A stretch of DNA of 64,000 nt from Eledone cirrhosa (taxonomy: Eukaryota): assembly GCA_964016885.1 (NCBI GenBank), contig OZ024740.1, positions 119,288,001-119,352,000 of the forward strand. Direction: 5' to 3'. Positions 54,243 through 64,000 of the stretch are shown here, one piece after another. Below the pieces are notes generated by a model. The model was given only the letters and a program-made list of their open reading frames with translations. It was not told the origin of the DNA and searched no databases. Numbering within the stretch: the first letter of the stretch is position 1; every line of letters begins with the position of its first letter. The translations under genes and the position numbers were made by a program.

Positions 54243-54504
54243 CTAAGTTCTACAATGGGTCAGAAAGCATTGGATATATGATGACCTGACAAAAACATAC
54301 ATCTTGTTTGAACTTGGGATGCTTTTGATTACTCAAGCAGAAAAATCTTGTAACTTAACAACAACTGACATTTTGGTACAAAGAAATGATGGCTTGGATC
54401 CTGTGAGTAAAATCAAATTGTGTAAGCTTTTTCTTATGCATTGAGCCCGAGCAGTTTTGGAGCTGGATACTATTTTCATAGTGGCTGACTACATTTTCTG
54501 AATC
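54243..54504 (-). pseudogene. REJ N-terminal exon
   Basis: TTCAG| acceptor and AG|GTATGA donor; KCSQP / MKIVSSSKTARAQCIRKSLHNLILL...C...FSA*VIK resembles PKD1 ACREPEVDVVLPLQVLMRRSQRNYLEA...C...YRWEVY; one frameshift plus stops. Confidence 0.6.
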
Positions 54505-55246
54505 CTGAATTATTCAACATATGTTAGTTTCTTGTCCACTTAGCATAGTCAAATGGTTAAACATTTCATTTTGTATTTGATTAAGAGTTTGATCTAGCTG
54601 CATGTAACTTTGGTTGCCCTGTGATATATGAGGGCAGTATTTGCTTATGTGGGGTATACATATGTTTCCCTCAGTGGGATGTCTGTTTAGGGGAGTCTAC
54701 GCAGTTGTAGGCATGTGCACCAGATCTCCAGTCTGAAGAAACCCTTCCTCCACTGAGTAAGCCATTAAAAACAGAAGGAATACCTGTTTGTCTTTCTTTT
54801 TATCTTCATTGTAATGGATCTAAAACTATGATCTTTCTCATAGAGGGAAAGAATAGAATCCTTCTGGGAATGTGGCATGTGATTAGTCCTTTCATAATGA
54901 ACAATCAAGCTTGAAATAAATAGGGAAGTGGTACTATCATATTATATCTAAAGATATAATGAAAAATTTAAAAAACATCTTTCAAAAATCAATCCACATA
55001 CAAATAAAGTTAAAAATTAACAAAATGGGAACTGAAGGAAAATTTAATTCATGTAATTAAACAAATAAATGCAAAATTCAAAAGAATCAATTACATGAAC
55101 ATAGAAATCAAATCATATAATTTTAAAGTAATTTTTCAAATCTGTTGAAAACTTCAAAAATCGACCAGTTGTTCCAATATTTAGTGCATATGTGTATGTT
55201 TATATATAAACACACACACACACACACACATGCACATGTACATATG

Positions 55247-55281
<35 letters not shown>

Positions 55282-55282
<1 letters not shown>

Positions 55283-55349
55283 CGGAATACTGACATTGTT
55301 GAAATTAATATATATATATATATTAATTTCAACAATGTCAGTATTCCGT
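55282..55349. repeat. perfect 68 bp palindrome centred on (TA)n
   Basis: ACGGAATACTGACATTGTTGAAATTAATA-TATATATATA-TATTAATTTCAACAATGTCAGTATTCCGT. Confidence 0.95.
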
Positions 55350-55888
55350 GTGTCATAATTCTCGATTATCATTGATTCATAGGTTTCAAACGACACTGCC
55401 TACCTCAACGACGCCAAACTTAAATTAATATGCATAATACTAATGAGGGAGTGAGAGGGGAGAGTAAGAAACAGAGAGGCAAAGTGAACGCTGTGTTGGA
55501 TACACTATGTATATGTGTCAGTGTAGAGACATGTGTGATGTGTGTAGTAATAGGAGGGGAAGGAAAGCAATAACTATTAACATGTGTGCGTGTATATTTA
55601 TGTGCGCGTATGTTTATGTGTGTGTGTGAGTGCGTGCAGCGTTCCACAGAAAGTAAAAACTATCAACATGTGTGAGTGTTTGCGTGTGTGTAAGTGCAGG
55701 ATGCGTGTGTAAGTTTTCGCGCGTGTGCGCATTTCCATGCGTGTATGTGTGTGTACGTGCGGCATTCCACAATCGCCACGCAGTTTATCTGTCTGTGTGC
55801 CTGTCCGTCAGTTTAACATACACAGAGTTGTGAAGGGAGTAAATAGGGACCTTCTTTTTACATTGACTGACATCTTTTATATTTATTA

Positions 55889-57625
55889 CTAGCAGATTTA
55901 CCCGGCGTTGCTCGGGGTTTGAAATTCTGCTAAGAATATACAGCTAGGAAGTAAAAGAAGAACATTATTTGTCCCCAACCTCTCAAAAGAAGCAGAAGTC
56001 TTCAATAATTAATTCAAACGAATATTTAGTGCAATCTTTGTACACATAAAAGTATGTTGATAATGAAGGAAAACACTGAATAGGATGTAGTTATACAAAT
56101 GATTAAAGACAATACACGTTGCAAATATGTAAAAAAAAAAAGGCAATTTTGCTAAAGTACAAAAAGTTGTAATGAAAGCAGTTGTATACAAACAAAAAAA
56201 CAATGAGAGTAGAATAAGAGAAAATCTATTCTTTGAGAGCATCCTTTGCTGTGTATGGTTAAATTTTGAACTTATAATCCAAAATATCCTGCATGACATA
56301 TTCATTGGTATGTTTTGTAATGAGTAAGGTGAAGTCAAGGCAGAGCTGTAAGAAGTTTTTTTGTTAACACTAAAGCACTTCAGGATAGACGCTATTCTTT
56401 GTTTTTCTTTTCGGATCAAATGCAAAGAGATTATCTCTACTGCCAACTCGTGAGCAGGCAACGTAGAATTGTCCGTGCAAAAAGCAAGGTTCATCCGAGT
56501 GAATTCCAGTGACGGACAGAGTTTGACCTTGCAACTTGTTTATGGGCATCGCAAAGACAACACGAAGGGGAAATTGGTTTCGGTGAAAGGAGAAGGGAGT
56601 ATCCACGCCTGATGTAGCCAGGCTAATTTTTTTTATTATCACATCCTCGCCTTTTCCACATCCGGATAGAATGATAGCGTCAATACTAAGTGGAGACAGT
56701 TTTTTAACCACAAGGCGTGTACCATTGCATAGTTTTGGAGGAGTGATATTTCTCAGCAAAATAACTGGCGTTCCCTCTTTCAGAACCAATGTATTAGGAG
56801 GTAAATCAGGAGGATTTAAAGAATTTAGAAATTCAACTGGATAGTTGACCGCATCCTGTGGATCACATACAGTATCAATAGATTTATATATCCGTGGACA
56901 TCCAGGAAGAATCCTGTTCAGTATGTTCCCCCATTGTCAAAAAAGTTTGATGTGTACGAATATAGCTGGAAGCATAGATAATGCCTGCCTCAAATGTGGA
57001 CGAAATTACTTTAAAAATGTAAAAGCTGTAGGTCCCAATGGTTTGAATGGAATGTCCCATAACGATTGTTCTAAAAATAAACAACCCATCATCAAAATCT
57101 CGTCACTTCGAGACTATTGCGAGATAAGGCCCTTAACGCGAAAAGTAACACTTAATATAGTGAAACAAGTGAAAACAACAAGTGTTTTTTTAACTTTGAA
57201 AGTGCAGCAAAGAATAAACAAGAAACAAACGATAATATTAGTGAGTTATCTTCAAATGAATCTGACGTTTATATTTCTGAAATTTCGTCCGACGATGATT
57301 GTTGTTTTAAAATTGAAAACGAAGGTCTCTATATCTCACTCTCTTTATAATGATTGTCAATAAAGTTGGTTATCTCCCTTTTTTTATAAGGATTGTTAAT
57401 AAAGTTGGTTATCTCCCTTACATCAATTTTGCTACCGATAATTTTGATATTGATATTTTATTGCTCAACGTAGGTCGATTGGAAAAATGTTTGTGATGTG
57501 ACCATCTTAGCGACCTGTGCAACGTACACAGAAGATCTGGTCAAATTCGGTTGGTAATTGTAAAAGCCTTAGGTTATCAAAGTTGTACACAGACACAAAC
57601 ACATCCTCGCTTTTATATATATAAA
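55889..57625 (-). mobile_element. internally deleted Helitron carrying the Pif1 helicase C-terminus
   Basis: PVILLRNI..PKLCNGTRL...QFPLRVVFAMPINKLQGQTL...HGQFYVACSRV...TKNSVYPEVL; 3' end CGAGCAACGCCGGGTAAATCTGCTAG|T at 55889; TATATATAAAAG-type 5' end near 57620. Confidence 0.88.
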
Positions 57626-57639
57626 TACTGATAATAAAA

Positions 57640-59990
57640 GCAATTCGACTTTATCAAACAGTGAAATACAGCGGCGATGGCGTGCAGCCAAGAATGAAGA
57701 AAAAACGGGCCGAACAGCACCATCAGAACGCCGAACTTCAGAGGCGAAGATGTGCCGCCATGAATGAAGCGGGGCTGGCTGAACAACGCCAACGAAACAC
57801 TGGAGCCAAGCAGCGATGGCGTGCTGCGATGGTTGAAGACGAACTGGCTGAGCATCATCAGCAGATGGCCGGAATTCAGCAGCAACGGCGTGCTACGATG
57901 GATGAAGAGGAGCTGGCTGAACAGCACCAGCGCAATACAGAAGTCCAGAGAATGTGTCGCCAAAGTGCTCCTCATTCCAGTAAAGAGGCTAGAAGGCGAA
58001 CGGATGATATTAAAATGGATCGTGGCAACCATGTCATTTTCAGATTGGTGGACAAGCAGAGTGTCCACATTGTGGAGCATTGGTTTGGAGGAACGAAAAG
58101 ACGTGGACCACAATGTTCTGCCATAAAGGAACAGTTCAACTAGAACCCTTGCGAATGCCGGATGATGAGGAGTCACTGGAGTTTAAAATACTAAGTATTT
58201 GGGGTGATAAAAGAGACAGAGGTAGATTACTGCGCAAATATGCGTGTCAAATTAACAATTCATTAGCTTTAGCATCGCAGAGAGTTAGTGAGATGTTTGA
58301 GAGTGGAGCATGGCCGTTTGTATCATTGTATCGGTAATTTAGAAGTCACCCCAGGAGAGAGGCCTCGATTCGCTCAAATTTACGTTAACGATCCAGATTA
58401 TAGTGATCGGAGGAGGATATCAGGATCGGATGGATGAAGTTGCCGGGAAATATAACTGAACTTGAACGGCAAAGGTTGATTTGATCCGTGATTTGCAACC
58501 ATGGCTTAGTCAGTGTAATCCTTATGTTATAGATTTCATGTTGGTGGCTGAACTGCAAAATGTTCAGCAGCAAACATTGGTGATTAAGGCTGACGCAGTG
58601 CCAAGGAATCAACACGAACGGCGATATAATGTCCCTGAAGGATTTCGTGAAGTTGCTGTGTTGATGGACGATAAGCCTGGATCGAGAGATATCATCCTCA
58701 ATCGCAGAGTTGGTGGTCTCAAGACTATCAATGAGTCAAATAGGGCATACGATCCATTGCATTATGTTCTTTTATTCCCAAAAGGTGAAAATGGATGGAA
58801 CTTGTCTGTTCATTTAGATCATCATGAGAATCAGCATCAACAGGGAGGCGGCAATAGACACAATAATTCGATTTGCGACTTTTACGGGTTCCATTTGAAC
58901 GAGAGGAATCAACAGAGAAATGCGCTATTTCAAGCCAGCAAATTGTTCCAGGAATACTGTTGTATGGCATTCGCAAAGATCGAAAATCAAAGGCTAAATT
59001 ATATAGCTACACATCAGCAACATGCCAGAGCAAAATTGTATAATAATATACAGGCTGCGATAACAGCCGATGATGCCAATTACAAGCAAATTGGTCGACG
59101 CATCATTTTGCCATCGTCGTTCCTCGGCGGCGCGAGATATATGAACATTCGCTATCAGCATGCAATAGCTCTTGTCAGAAAGGTTGGAAAGTCAGATTTG
59201 TTTATAACGGTTACATGCAATCCTGAATGGACTGATATTAAGGATGCACCTTTGCCAGGACAACAGCCAAAGGACCGTCCTGATATTGTGGCAAGAGTAT
59301 TCAAAGGATATCTGAAAAAGATAATGGATGATGTGGAAAAAGAGGGAATCTTTGGAGCTATAGTTGCTTTTACATACGTAATTGAATTCCCCAAAAAGAG
59401 AATTTCCACATGCACATTTGCTGATCATTTTACATAAAGATTGCAAATTGAGATGTGCTGAGGATGTCGACAGCGTTGTGTGTGCTGAACTGCCTTAGAA
59501 TGAGGCACTACACAACTTGGTGGCAAAGTCAATGGTGCACAACCAATGCGGCGTGGCAAATCCTAAAGCGCCTTGCATGAAAAATGGCCAATGCAGTAAG
59601 CACGTTCCGAAACCTTTGTCACGATGACTTCCTGGAACGATGGGGATGCTCATCCCTCATAGAGAAGACGGTCGCCTGCAGATGGCGGTTTGGTTTAAAA
59701 TGTAAACGGTCGACAGGTTACAAATCAATGGGTTGTGCTATACAATCCATATTTGATTATGAAATATCGTTGTCATATTAATGTGGAAATTTGTAGCTCA
59801 GTGAAAGCTTGCAAATATCTATTCAAATATCTTTACAAAGGTCATGATCGGGCAATGATCAATGTTAGGAATGAGGAGGTGAACCAAGGAGATGAAGTTG
59901 GCAGGTTCCAGGATGTTCGCTCGATTGGATCTAGCGAAGCTTGCTGGAGATTGTTCGATTTTGATCTCAATGAACGCAAGTATTGGTAGA
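57640..59990 (+). mobile_element. Helitron Rep (HUH endonuclease) region, frameshifted, helicase absent
   Basis: YDPLHYVLLFPKGE.GW, LFQEY, IILPSSFLGGARYM, DLFITVTCNPEW, DRPDIVARVF, IEF..PHAHLL (HUH, shifted frame), HINVEIC, KYLFKYLYKGHD (Y2). Confidence 0.92.
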
Positions 59991-60279
59991 AATTGCCTTC
60001 AAATTTATCACTTCTGATTGCGGTGGTAATAAAACCTCATCATATGCTGAATCTGGCACAAAGGCTGGATCCTATGGCCGGCAAGGGCTAGAGTAATATT
60101 GAAAAACGATTCTAATTTCGAAGTAGAAGGATCCGCCATTTGGAGTTCAAACCAGGCCACCTCCCGAGTTGAACTCTGGGCAACATTGACTGTCTATTAC
60201 TCAGTGGCTAAGAGCCTGGAAATTACTGAATAAATGTTTGTGTCATATCATTTTTTGTTTTATTATTATAGCTGACCAC

Positions 60280-60466
60280 GGTGAATTGGCAGTATCCGTA
60301 GAGGGTTAGACGTCATGCTTTCTAGCATAGTTACGTCCCTTTATGTTCTGAGTTCAAATCCCGTCGAGGTTAACTTTACCTTTCATCCTTATGGGGTCGA
60401 TAAAATAAAGTACCACTAATGTACTGGGTAATTGCTGGTCTTGTGCCTATAGTAGAAACAATTATT
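60280..60466 (+). mobile_element. SINE family A with 18 bp target-site duplication
   Basis: ATTATTATAGCTGACCAC at 60262-60279 and 60461-60478. Confidence 0.9.
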
Positions 60467-60586
60467 ATAGCTGACCACTTATAGATAAGCATGTTATCCA
60501 TATCCATATTAATTTGGCATTTGTATAAACCATTTCAAGTAAATAGGGACCTTTTGTACATTGACAGACATATTTTATAATAATTA

Positions 60587-60945
60587 TCTATATCTATATC
60601 TACATATAATATAAAAGATTGGAACTTCCATCATCCTTTTGAGAAACGTGGAACAACCACGTCTATGCAATGATACACGTTTTACAGTCAGGCAGAAGAT
60701 GAACCATCACCTAGAGGTCACTATTCTAAGTGGGAGCACCTAGAATTGTTCATATACTATGCACAAACGGTACAACGAAGAATACGGTATATCTGGAAGA
60801 TTTTATTTACTGATTTTTGTAACACACAGACACAACGGACTCGCCTCATACTGTAACCAAACAAACATACAATACAGTCATTTTCTCTTTTACCTGTCTT
60901 CTCATATCATCCGTTTACACGGGCGAAGCTGGGTATGTCAGCTAG
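60587..60945 (+). mobile_element. short non-autonomous Helitron
   Basis: A|TCTATATC...ATAAAAG 5' end; 3' CGGGCGAAGCTGGGTATGTCAGCTAG|T, similar to the end at 55889; no TSD. Confidence 0.7.
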
Positions 60946-61933
60946 TATATACTAATGTAAAGGATGATGTTCTCATGGGCAGAGATGCTATAAAATAACT
61001 TATAAAATAGTGTGAAGACCCTTAAAAGTTGGAATAAGAAGTTGCCATTGGCTGCTATGAGGAATTCAACCTCTTGTCTCCTACTAGGAGCTTTAAATCA
61101 TTGAACTAAGGGACCTTGACAATTCTTAACTGTCTTTTTAACAGCTTTCAGATGTCATCAGGCAGACATTGGTATATAACCAAACAGTATATGTAGTCTA
61201 GAGAACACAACCTAAATATGACATCCATTTGTAAAGCCCCTAGTACATTGATATATAGGCACACTTGTTTATCTATTTCACTGAGTGCTGGGCCTTTTCA
61301 TTTCCCATCGTTCCTCTAACTTCTGCTAATACCAAGCTTCTGTAACTAAAACCTTACTCTTTCCCATATAAAGTGCTGTGTGAATAGTTGCGATTTATGA
61401 CAAATGAATTCAGCTTGTGTCCCAGTGAGTTGAGATATATGGTTATCATACCAGTAGTTGAAAGTTGAAAGTGAAATTGGCAATAGCTCTATTAATGAAC
61501 AATAACAAATACTTTAATAATTTTTATTAAGAGTTAAATTACGTTAAAATTATGATAACAAGGAAAACAACAAAGATTCAAAGCAAAATTATGTATCGTG
61601 TGTGAATGGTTTGGCATGGATGCTGTAGTAGTCTGAAAAGATGCATGGATTAACCTGTGTTAGAATTGAACAGGAGTATAACTGTCTCAGCTCGTTGGCT
61701 GAAAGGATCTGGACCAAATTGATCAGAGTGAGTCTGTTGGCAACCACATCATTCTGAGCTGTTATAAACTGAACCCAACTATCCGCTGGACATCCGAAAA
61801 GAGACTATTTTTGACAAATATGTTGTCATTGACAATAAGCACGTGCCTCCCAGAAATCTGTATTCCTAGAAACAGCTTGAAAACATGACTCCCCGAAATA
61901 AAGGAGGGTACAGTACAAGAGAAATCGCTTATC

Positions 61934-62085
61934 TATGGAGCCAAGGACGGCATAATTTATTTTGCCAACAGTTCAAATCTCACTGCATAGATTTACTATA
62001 GATTTTCTATCTATCTCTCTATATATGTGTCTGTGTGTGCATATATATATATAAATATGCACACACAGACACCCCCCCCCCCCCC

Positions 62086-62129
<44 letters not shown>

Positions 62130-62226
62130 CACACAGACATATAGAGATAGATAGATATATGTAGTAAATCTATACAGTGAGATTTGAACAGTTGGCAAAA
62201 TAAATTATGCAATCCTTGGCTCCATA
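61934..62226. mobile_element. MITE-like element with ~65 bp TIRs enclosing microsatellites
   Basis: TATGGAGCCAAGGA...CATAGATTTACTA (61934-61998) versus TAGTAAATCTATAC...TCCTTGGCTCCATA (62162-62226). Confidence 0.85.
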
Positions 62227-62396
62227 TATATCTCTAACCCATGCTAGCGTGGAAGATGGACGTGAAATGAAGATGATGATGATGATATGATGATATATAC
62301 ATATATACATATATACATATATACATATATATATATAATCATATATAATTATAAGAGAGTATTGAAGTTTGCTTGAAGCATTGTGGAATAATAAGC

Positions 62397-62659
62397 TATA
62401 TTTCTTTAGGTCGTTTTGGAAGCCTCAACAATGCAGATGGGTAAATCTCCGGGTAACAAGATCCGGTGGTGGAGAGAGAGATGTAAGTGAATGTAGATTG
62501 AGATGTTTAGTGTGTAGAAAAACGTAGGAAACGTTCTTCTACACATCAAACATCTCAATCTACATTCACTTACATCTCTCTCTCCACCACCGGATCTTAT
62601 TACCCGGAGATTTACCCATCTGCATTGTTGAGGCTTCCAAAACGACCTAAAGGAATATA
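62397..62659. mobile_element. fold-back element, ~263 bp near-perfect palindrome
   Basis: Arms of ~125-130 bp with few mismatches and a very small loop near 62526-62530; TATA at both ends. Confidence 0.9.
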
Positions 62660-62823
62660 CCGTATATATAATTATATTCATATGAATATATGAATATATA
62701 TATATATGTATATACAAATATTTACATATATATATACATATACATATATATATATATGTGTATGTCTATATATATTTATATTTAATCATATATAATTATA
62801 TACATATGTATATATGTATATGC

Positions 62824-62878
<55 letters not shown>

Positions 62879-63347
62879 CACACATTTCATTTAACTATAA
62901 AAGTATGTTTTCATACAATTTTATGAATTTTATCTGCTTTATTCAATTTCACTTCACATTATTTCATTATTCTTCAATACATTTCACTAGATTTTACCCA
63001 CCATACCTCAATGACCTCACATTTTCATTTATTCAAACCTGTGTACGCTGTGTACTCTCCTCTGCTCTCTCTCATTCTGTCTATCTCTAACAATCTATCT
63101 ATCTTTCATATCTATTTCATTACTTTTTCCTACGTACCTTATTAATTCTATGCAAGTTGTCTATCACAATGTTCTCTTCTCCTCATTCTCTCTCTTATTT
63201 TCTTAATCTCTAACTATTACTTTCCATCTCTATTTGATTTATTTTCTGCTATATTTACCTCCCTTGCATTCAACATGATACTACTTCTCTATTTTTTGTG
63301 GGTAATATATATGTATATGTATATCTATATATATATATATATATATA

Positions 63348-63549
63348 ACGAAGGAAATGTGGTAAGGAACCAGGTGGACCATAACACACCAAAGTACTCA
63401 ATACTTAGGGTAGTAGAGTGGGTAATAGGAACGAGTAGGACCCCGACGGCTGAGCTCAAGCCGTTTCGACGGCTAATTCTGGACTAAAATTTTAGTCCAG
63501 AATTAGCCGTCGAAACGGCTTGAGCTCAGCCGTCGGGGTCCTACTCGTT

Positions 63550-63554
<5 letters not shown>
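63348..63554. mobile_element. palindromic mini-element (~77 bp leader plus 130 bp perfect loopless palindrome) in (TA)n
   Basis: 63425-63554 is exactly self-complementary around AAAA|TTTT (63489/63490); second copy at 6355-6522. Confidence 0.9.
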
Positions 63555-63607
<53 letters not shown>

Positions 63608-63654
63608 CATAAACAGAATTTCCCCAACTTTCTGTCCACCATTTCTCAACATGC

Positions 63655-63695
63655 TTCTCTCTCTCTCTCTCTCTCTGTATCTCTCTCTCTCTCTC

Positions 63696-63788
<93 letters not shown>
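63655..63788. repeat. (CT)n microsatellite
   Basis: Direct reading. Confidence 0.95.
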
Positions 63789-63790
<2 letters not shown>

Positions 63791-64000
63791 CTATTGTCCA
63801 CCTCTGTCTTCCTTCTGTTTGGGTATGTTTACATGTCTAGATTCAGCCTTTCAATATAATTCATGCATTAACTGGGTATTTTTCATCTCAGCTATTATGA
63901 AGATGAATATATCAAAGATTACCATGTTCAAATAACACTGCACTACATTTAAAAATACATGCATACATCCGTACACAAATACATATGCATATATTTATAT

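Noticed and set aside
56370-56789. Host PIF1 helicase gene
   Set aside because: Intronless fragment with degenerate motifs and a Helitron CTAG 3' end nearby
63425-63554. Active hammerhead ribozyme
   Set aside because: No CUGANGA core, and the perfect palindrome would sequester the motif; kept only as a possible derived relic

Overview
AT-rich, microsatellite-dense eukaryotic DNA; no prokaryotic operons, rRNA, genuine tRNA genes or CRISPR arrays were seen. The repeat complement (tRNA-headed SINEs with a Nin/Deu-like central block, RTE elements with (GAT)n tails) suggests a mollusc, probably an octopod cephalopod (inference). Most recognisable sequence is degenerate transposons: R4/Dong-like RLE LINEs, a Tx1/L1-like LINE pair, CRE-like RLE fragments, RTE fragments, a Gypsy remnant, a nested Helitron cluster, about 15 copies of one SINE family and several fold-back (palindromic) mini-elements. 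Between the repeats, and largely invisible in the ORF track, is a fossil polycystin-1-like (PKD1/REJ family) gene on the minus strand. About 12-15 exon-like blocks from ~54.5 kb down to ~24.4 kb give REJ, GAIN/GPS, TM1, PLAT, TOP and TRP-like TM segments in the correct order, but with many stops and frameshifts. Protein similarities were judged by eye against remembered PKD1/PKD2 sequence, not by a database search. An apparently intact candidate coding exon of another gene lies at 2285-2506 (-).
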